Origin: Macrostomum hystrix
Lineage: Eukaryota > Animalia > Platyhelminthes
Direction: 5' to 3'
Assembly (NCBI GenBank): GCA_950097015.1
Contig: CATNEN010000033.1
Coordinates: 2,418,001 to 2,482,000 of the forward strand
Length of the DNA: 64,000 nt
Each line of letters opens with the position of its first letter. Position 1 is the first letter of the stretch. A program made the translations under genes and the position numbers. The notes under the pieces are model-generated. The model made no database searches. It was not told where the DNA came from and saw only the letters and a program-made list of their open reading frames with translations. Of this stretch, positions 56,729-64,000 are shown piece after piece.

Positions 56729-57539
56729 TAACCCCAATTTTTGTCCGTAAATATCTATAGCCATTCTTGTTTCCTAATTGCTATCTAGAAAAAATTATTA
56801 ATTACCCTTGAGATCTAGGAGCTCTGGTGTGAGTGAGTGTGTGTGTCTGTGTGTGTTTGTGTAGATGTCTAAAGGCTACTGACGGTAACTTTATCGTAAC
56901 TTATTGTGTGGCAGCATTTTGTTTTATTTCTCAAGAACTAAAAATTTCATCTAAAAATTTGATGTTCTGCAAACTTTTTATACTTTTTTGTTGTTGCTAA
57001 TGGCGCCTTGTAAATCGCTCTGCCAATGATCTTTATTATTAATAAAAAAATGACCCAGCGACAATTTTGTTATAATGAATGACAGGCTCGATGAAATTTT
57101 ACAGGATAAACCTGCCCCATAGGACTGAATGGAATGAGTAGAGAATGAGCCAGCCAGCCAGAGGCTCTGCCAGTCATTAAGCTGACTGCGGAAAGTGCAT
57201 TCAACCCCTTCTCGGCATCTGCTACTGCGGGTTCCGACATCGATACAGACCTTCGCAGCCATAGCTTCTCCCTGCCTACCAGCCAGTTAGAAGCATTAGC
57301 TGGTCGTGGCACTCTTTTTTCTGGTATATTTGACTAAGGAACTAAAGAGTGTAAAGTGAAGAGCGGGCTGTGTGAGAGAGAAAGCGTCTGCTTGGCTGGG
57401 GCTCACCCCAGTAACCAAGGCAGCAAAATTGTTGGCCTCAAGCTAAATTGACATAAGAAGCAAGCGGGGCAGAGGATAGAGGGTTGGACCAGGGGGAAGG
57501 CACAAAGCACGGACCCGAGAATGAAAAGCTGTCCTCGCC

Positions 57540-57930
57540 ACAGAGCCAAGTCTGTGGCGCTGGTGGAATTCACAGTGCGGGCCGTTGGCATTCACAATCG
57601 CTGCTCCAGTTTACTGATATTGAGTTATGCATGCGGGCAGGCCGAACACCTGAACAATGATCAATGACTGGCATAGCGGCTCCTCTGTATGTTTGGGCTT
57701 TGGTTTCATTTACCTGGCTGGGGTATTGTGAAAGCTTGGCTACTCCTGCTGTGTTTGCCGCTTCAATCTATAAAGCTGATTGGCCCTTTGCCAGTTATCT
57801 TTTATAACAACTGGGGCAATCCAGCGACCGGGACAAGAGCAGAGACCGGAGAGGACGGTGCCTACCGTTGTCAAGGACGCTTAGCTTGTCAATTGAGGCC
57901 AATACTCAGAAGGCCGCAGTTTCTTCTGAA
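57540..57930 (-). pseudogene. Possible heavily decayed non-LTR (CR1/L2-like) RT C-terminal remnant
   Basis: Scattered frame pieces IDKLS, RANQLYRLKR, TYRGAAMPVIDHCS and NISKLEQ occur in the expected order; similarity is weak. Confidence 0.25.
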
Positions 57931-59515
57931 CTGATTGCTAGCGCAAGCCAGCTGGCCTCACTCGCTCTGCTCTCTTCTTGGCTCTTTTTTCTCTAGCAAC
58001 ATCGGCTTGATCCCCTGCGCAATAGTGCCCCCCTCTGTGGAGCTCCACACAATGACCCATTGTGCTGAGCCACCCCTCCTCTCACTTAACTTGCGGCCCT
58101 CCTCACTCCTTTTCTCCAATACCACACAATCCGGCAGTGCATTCCCTCGCAGGCCGATCCAAATAACACTCCCATTGATTCGCTCCCCCGTTGCCATAGT
58201 TACTCTGTTTCCCTGTCCCTCACCGCCAGGAACAGAGCCCAGCCCCCCAAGCCAGGTAAGTCTCAGAGTGCTCCAAGCCCGGTAACTGCCGCAGCTGGTG
58301 CGGGCCCGTGCTCAGCGGCAATAAAGACTGCGACTTGCCATCCTTAAGGAGGCTGCAGAAACTCCTCACTGAGCGCCAGCCTCCTCCCAGCTTAGCACTG
58401 AGCGTGAGCCTCCGCCCTAGCCGCTTAAGTCCTTCATCTCGCCATTCGCTCTGCCCTCACCGTGGTCCGCCGTACTCCCCATTCTCCGCTGCCTCACTAT
58501 CCTTTGTGTATTTCTTTCCTCACGCTTTCCTCTCCGTCTCTCCGGGCCGCTTCTCCCCCCGTCACAGCTGCATCCCGTGCATGCGCGATTGCCAATGGTA
58601 AAACAGCCAGCTCTGGGCAGAGACACTGCGAGGCAGGTGCCGAAAAAATCAAGGTGAAAGAGAGAAAGTGAGAAACAGGAACGTCAATTTACATAGCTAC
58701 TGTTCCGCTTTACACTCGGACCGCTGCAGTAAATCGCCGAAATAGTAAATCGCCGATGTCATGCTCTCGTCCGGCTGCGCAACCTAGGCAGGCTGCTTCC
58801 CGGCATTGCTTAGAGTCGCACTTGAGCTTTCGCCTCTATAGAACATGTCCGGCTCGCGCAGGGGTCTGGTGGCTCCGCAGAACACCTTTTTGGAGAATAT
58901 TATCAGGCGCTGCAATGGACAGCGTAAGCAGTGACTTGAGTTCAAGCTTATTAAAATGTCCTCTCAGGATGATTTCAATGGCTATTGTTCTAAGTAAAAC
59001 ATTCTTGATTTAGTATAGCGGACTAGCAAAATTTGCGCCCCCCTAAAGCTTCCATTAACAAAAGAGAGACAGCGGTGGTATTTAAAAACCAAATTTTCGT
59101 TTTTCTACATCTCCTGAAGTATTTAACCAATTGCCATGAAAATTCAGAACGTGGGCTAAATTATTCTGCTCTATCCGATAAAACAACTTCAAGAATCAGA
59201 AAACATCGGCATCGTCAAGATATTCAGACTTTCTCGTCGGGGTGTCTGGTGGCAAAGACAACCAATATTAGACATAAATTTTCTGCTCACAAAATTCCAT
59301 CATGTAACGATTTCGGCTGATATTGTAGACTATATTTTGTTGATTATATGGGTAATTTTTACATTTTAAAACCAATAAAGAGGTTTATACCGAGCAATGT
59401 TAATTGTTATTGTCACCAGGGTCTTCGACAAGAACCGCTGAATATCTCGACGAAGCTGACGCCAGACGGCTTTGAAAATTATTTAATCATAATCAGCGGA
59501 AAATGTCCATACATA

Positions 59516-60120
59516 TACTCAGCAACAGCTAAAACCCCCCCCCAACTCACGCTGTCACACGGGCACAAAAGTTAAGCAATGTCTTTAATTCTAGTCTCAG
59601 TATCGTGTGTAGGAACCACGAGCATGCAAAAGTGCCGTGACTCGTCGTGGCATCCTGATCACCAGCCGGTTGATGAACTCTTGGAGCAGCTGCTGCCAGG
59701 CATTCGGCACCGCCAGTCGCAACTGTTCAGCATTCTGTGGGGCATCCTGCTGAACTCTTCGCTTTACAAAGTCCCAGACATGCTCGATGGGGTTCATGTC
59801 TGGAGACTTTGACGGCCAGTTCAATGTGCGAATGCCGAGCTGCTCCTTCAGCAGCTGCACGTGTGCTGCTCGATGTGGCGCAGCGTTGTCGTCTTGAAGC
59901 ATGCAGTTCTGCGGGCCGCCAAAGGTTGTCGTAGCAAATGGCAGAAACTGCTGTTGAGTTGAGTTGAGTTGCGCCACCCCCTCCCCAAATCCCCCATGCC
60001 GCACTTTGCGCTCGCGTCTGGCGGCGGCAGCCTTCACACATTTCTGAGTCACCGATGGCATACAAAACTTTTGGGCCGTGTGAGAGCGTGAGTTGGGGGG
60101 GTTTTAGAAGTTGCTGAGTA
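59516..60120 (-). mobile_element. Internally deleted Tc1-like (DD34E) DNA transposon
   Basis: About 55-bp TIRs TACTCAGCAAC..TAAAACCCCCCCAACTCACGCT.TCACACGG in TA context; ORF 59597-60061 has DNA..PH and WPSKSPDMNPIE with 34-residue D-E spacing; first catalytic D and HTH missing. Confidence 0.88.
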
Positions 60121-60244
60121 TATAATGGACTTTCACGAAAATGGGTCATTAGTTTCTGGAGCTATCATAAAGTAGGCAGTAGGTCCCAGTGTGAAAAATA
60201 GCGTGTCTTTCTACTGTTAGGAATGATCTCTAGATGTGCTTCTC

Positions 60245-63200
60245 CTGTTGTGTCAGACACTAGACTAATTCTTAGCCTACGTGTTTACTGCTGTTGTGTC
60301 AGACACTAGACTAATTCTTAGCCTACGTGTTTACTGCTGTTGTGTCAGACACTAGACTAATTCTTAGCCTACGTGTTTACTGCTGTTGTGTCAGACACTA
60401 GACTAATTCTTAGCCTACGTGTTTACTGCTGTTGTGTCAGACACTAGACTAATTCTTAGCCTACGTGTTTACTGCTGTTGTGTCAGACACTAGACTAATT
60501 CTTAGCCTACGTGTTTACTGCTGTTGTGTCAGACACTAGACTAATTCTTAGCCTACGTGTTTAATGCTGTTGTGTCAGACACTAGGCTAATTCTTAGCCT
60601 ACGTGTTTACTGCTGTTGTGTCAGACACTAGGACTAATTCTTAGCCTACGTGTTTACTGCTGTTGTGTCAGACACTAGACTAATTCTTAGCCTACGTGTT
60701 TACTGCTGTTGTGTCAGACACTAGACTAATTCTTAGCCTACGTGTTTACTGCTGTTGTGTCAGACACTAGACTAATTCTTAGCCTACGTGTTTACTGCAG
60801 TTGTGTCAGACACTAGACTAATTCTTAGCCTAGTGTTTACTGCTGTTGTGTCAGACCCTAGACTAATTCTTAGCCTACGTGTTTACTGCTGTTGTGTCAG
60901 ACACTAGACTAATTCTTAGCCTAGTGTTTACTGCTGTTGTGTCAGACACTAGACTAATTCTTAGCCTAGTGTTTACTGCTGTTGTGTCAGACCCTAGACT
61001 AATTCTTAGCCTACGTGTTTACTGCTGTTGTGTCAGACACTAGGCTAATTCTTAGCCTACGTGTTTACTGCTGTTGTGTCAGACACTAGGCTAATTCTTA
61101 GCCTAGTGTTTACTGCTGTTGTGTCAGACACTAGGCTAATTCTTAGCCTAGTGTTTACTGCTGTTGTGTCAGACACTAGACTAATTCTTAGCCTAGTGTT
61201 TACTGCTGTTGTGTCAGACCCTAGACTAATTCTTAGCCTACGTGTTTACTGCTGTTGTGTCAGACCCTAGGCTAATTCTTAGCCTACGTGTTTACTGCTG
61301 TTGTGTCAGACACTAGGCTAATTCTTAGCCTAGTGTTTACTGCTGTTGTGTCAGACACTAGGCTAATTCTTAGCCTAGTGTTTACTGCTGTTGTGTCAGA
61401 CACTAGACTAATTCTTAGCCTACGTGTTTACTGCTGTTGTGTCAGACACTAGACTAATTCTTAGCCTACGTGTTTACTGCTGTTGTGTCAGACACTAGGC
61501 TAATTCTTAGCCTACGTGTTTACTGCTGTTGTGTCAGACACTAGGCTAATTCTTAGCCTACGTGTTTACTGCTGTTGTGTCAGACACTAGGCTAATTCTT
61601 AGCCTAGTGTTTACTGCTGTTGTGTCAGACACTAGGCTAATTCTTAGCCTAGTGTTTACTGCTGTTGTGTCAGACACTAGGCTAATTCTTAGCCTAGTGT
61701 TTACTGCTGTTGTGTCAGACACTAGACTAATTCTTAGCCTACGTGTTTACTGCTGTTGTGTCAGACACTAGACTAATTCTTAGCCTACGTGTTTACTGCT
61801 GTTGTGTCAGACACTAGGCTAATTCTTAGCCTACGTGTTTACTGCTGTTGTGTCAGACACTAGGCTAATTCTTAGCCTACGTGTTTACTGCTGTTGTGTC
61901 AGACACTAGGCTAATTCTTAGCCTACGTGTTTACTGCTGTTGTGTCAGACACTAGGCTAATTCTTAGCCTAGTGTTTACTGCTGTTGTGTCAGACACTAG
62001 GCTAATTCTTAGCCTACGTGTTTACTGCTGTTGTGTCAGACACTAGACTAATTCTTAGCCTACGTGTTTACTGCTGTTGTGTCAGACACTAGACTAATTC
62101 TTAGCCTACGTGTTTACTGCTGTTGTGACAGACACTAGACTAATTCTTAGCCTACGTGTTTACTGCTGTTGTGTCAGACACTAGACTAATTCTTAGCCTA
62201 CGTGTTTACTGCTGTTGTGTCAGACACTAGACTAATTCTTAGCCTACGTGTTTACTGCTGTTGTGTCAGACACTAGACTAATTCTTAGCCTACGTGTTTA
62301 CTGCTGTTGTGTCAGACACTAGACTAATTCTTAGCCTACGTGTTTACTGCTGTTGTGTCAGACACTAGACTAATTCTTAGCCTACGTGTTTACTGCAGTT
62401 GTGTCAGACACTAGACTAATTCTTAGCCTAGTGTTTACTGCTGTTGTGTCAGACCCTAGACTAATTCTTAGCCTACGTGTTTACTGCTGTTGTGTCAGAC
62501 ACTAGGCTAATTCTTAGCCTACGTGTTTACTGCTGTTGTGTCAGACACTAGACTAATTCTTAGCCTACGTGTTTACTGCTTTTGTGTCAGACACTAGACT
62601 AATTCTTAGCCTACGTGTTTACTGCTGTTGTGTCAGACACTAGACTAATTCTTAGCCTACGTGTTTACTGCAGTTGTGTCAGACACTAGACTAATTCTTA
62701 GCCTAGTGTTTACTGCTGTTGTGTCAGACCCTAGACTAATTCTTAGCCTACGTGTTTACTGCTGTTGTGTCAGACACTAGGCTAATTCTTAGCCTACGTG
62801 TTTACTGCTGTTGTGTCAGACACTAGACTAATTCTTAGCCTAGTGTTTACTGCTGTTGTGTCAGACACTAGGCTAATTCTTAGCCTACGTGTTTACTGCT
62901 GTTGTGTCAGACACTAGGCTAATTCTTAGCCTACGTGTTTACTGCTGTTGTGTCAGACACTAGACTAATTCTTAGCCTAGTGTTTACTGCTGTTGTGTCA
63001 GACACTAGACTAATTCTTAGCCTACGTGTTTACTGCTGTTGTGTCAGACACTAGGCTAATTCTTAGCCTACGTGTTTACTACAGTTGTGTCAGACACTAG
63101 ACTAATTCTTAGCCTACGTGTTTACTGCTGTTGTGTCAGACACTAGGCTAATTCTTAGCCTACGTGTTTACTGCTGTTGTGTCAGACACTAGACTAATTC

Positions 63201-63558
63201 TTAGCCTACGTGTTTACTGCTGTTGTGTCAGACACTAGGCTAATTCTTAGCCTACGTGTTCACTGCTGTTGTGTCAGACACTAGGCTAATTCTTAGCCTA
63301 GTGTTTACTGCTGTTGTGTCAGACACTAGGCTAATTCTTAGCCTAGTGTTTACTGCTGTTGTGTCAGACACTAGGCTAATTCTTAGCCTACGTGTTTACT
63401 GCTTTTGTGTCAGACCCTAGGCTAATTCTTAGCCTAGTGTTTACTGCTGTTGTGTCAGACACTAGGCTAATTCTTAGCCTACGTGTTTACTGCTGTTGTG
63501 TCAGACACTAGACTAATTCTTAGCCTACGTGTTTACTGCTGTTGTGTCAGACACTAGG
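60245..63558. repeat. 46/45-bp satellite (GTGTTTACTGCTGTTGTGTCAGACACTAG[A/G]CTAATTCTTAGCCTAC)n, about 72 copies
   Basis: Period of 46 (60281, 60327 and so on), with 45-bp variants. Confidence 0.98.
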
Positions 63559-64000
63559 CAAAATCCGTATGCCTCAAGTAATAAGTTACGAGTATTAGAA
63601 ATTTCAATCAAAAGCTATTACGCTTCTCTGAGTTGCAATATTTTCACATGAAAGAGACTAGCAACCTCCCTTGCCTTACTTGGATCACGAAAGCCAAAGG
63701 GTATAAAAATATGATATTCCATGCCGCAACTACTCGAATGTCAAAGAAGGTTAATATTGATTTATCGAATCGCATCAGAGTCTTATTGAGTGGCTGAGGG
63801 GATGAGGATGGCGCAGAAGAGGGGATTAAAAGAGGATTAGTAGCATTTGCAAGAGGTAGCTATTATCGATTCTGAGCAATTCGGATGCATTTGGGCACGT
63901 TCCAAATAAAAAAGTTAAACTGATATGGAGTAAAAGCTCTGTTAGTTTACTCGGTAGAAAACGAGTGAAAAAGATAGAATTATTTAGTTTCATTCATACC

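Noticed and set aside
56050-63558. 30-bp and 46-bp palindromic repeats as CRISPR arrays
   Set aside because: Head-to-tail satellites without spacers.

Overview
Eukaryotic (animal) genomic DNA with GC-rich exons and introns filled by mini- and microsatellites. The style suggests a free-living flatworm such as Macrostomum, which is an inference and was not tested. I assembled six spliced gene models by hand, all with GT-AG introns in consistent phase: a 12-exon, 849-aa cadherin with 5 EC repeats (minus, 20359 to 2966); a divergent CDC50/TMEM30 flippase subunit (minus, 2 exons); an STKLD1-like kinase plus ARM protein (plus, 4 exons); two small orphan membrane-protein genes; and a 10-exon KIF26-like kinesin with a degenerate motor and a Q61 tract (plus, 46532-55889). 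Mobile DNA includes an intact Gypsy with identical 191-bp LTRs and an ACTAT target duplication, a 5'-truncated Gypsy with an I-group LINE fragment inserted in its integrase, a mariner whose N-terminal coding region is replaced by a Crypton-type tyrosine recombinase fragment, an internally deleted Tc1, and tRNA-derived SINE-like copies. About 25 tandem arrays are present; most long ORFs in the supplied track are artefacts of these arrays. The most notable observations are the mariner/Crypton chimera, the nested LINE, and minisatellites that appear to be amplified from splice-site sequence or are shared between neighbouring introns. No CRISPR, rRNA or intact tRNA was found.
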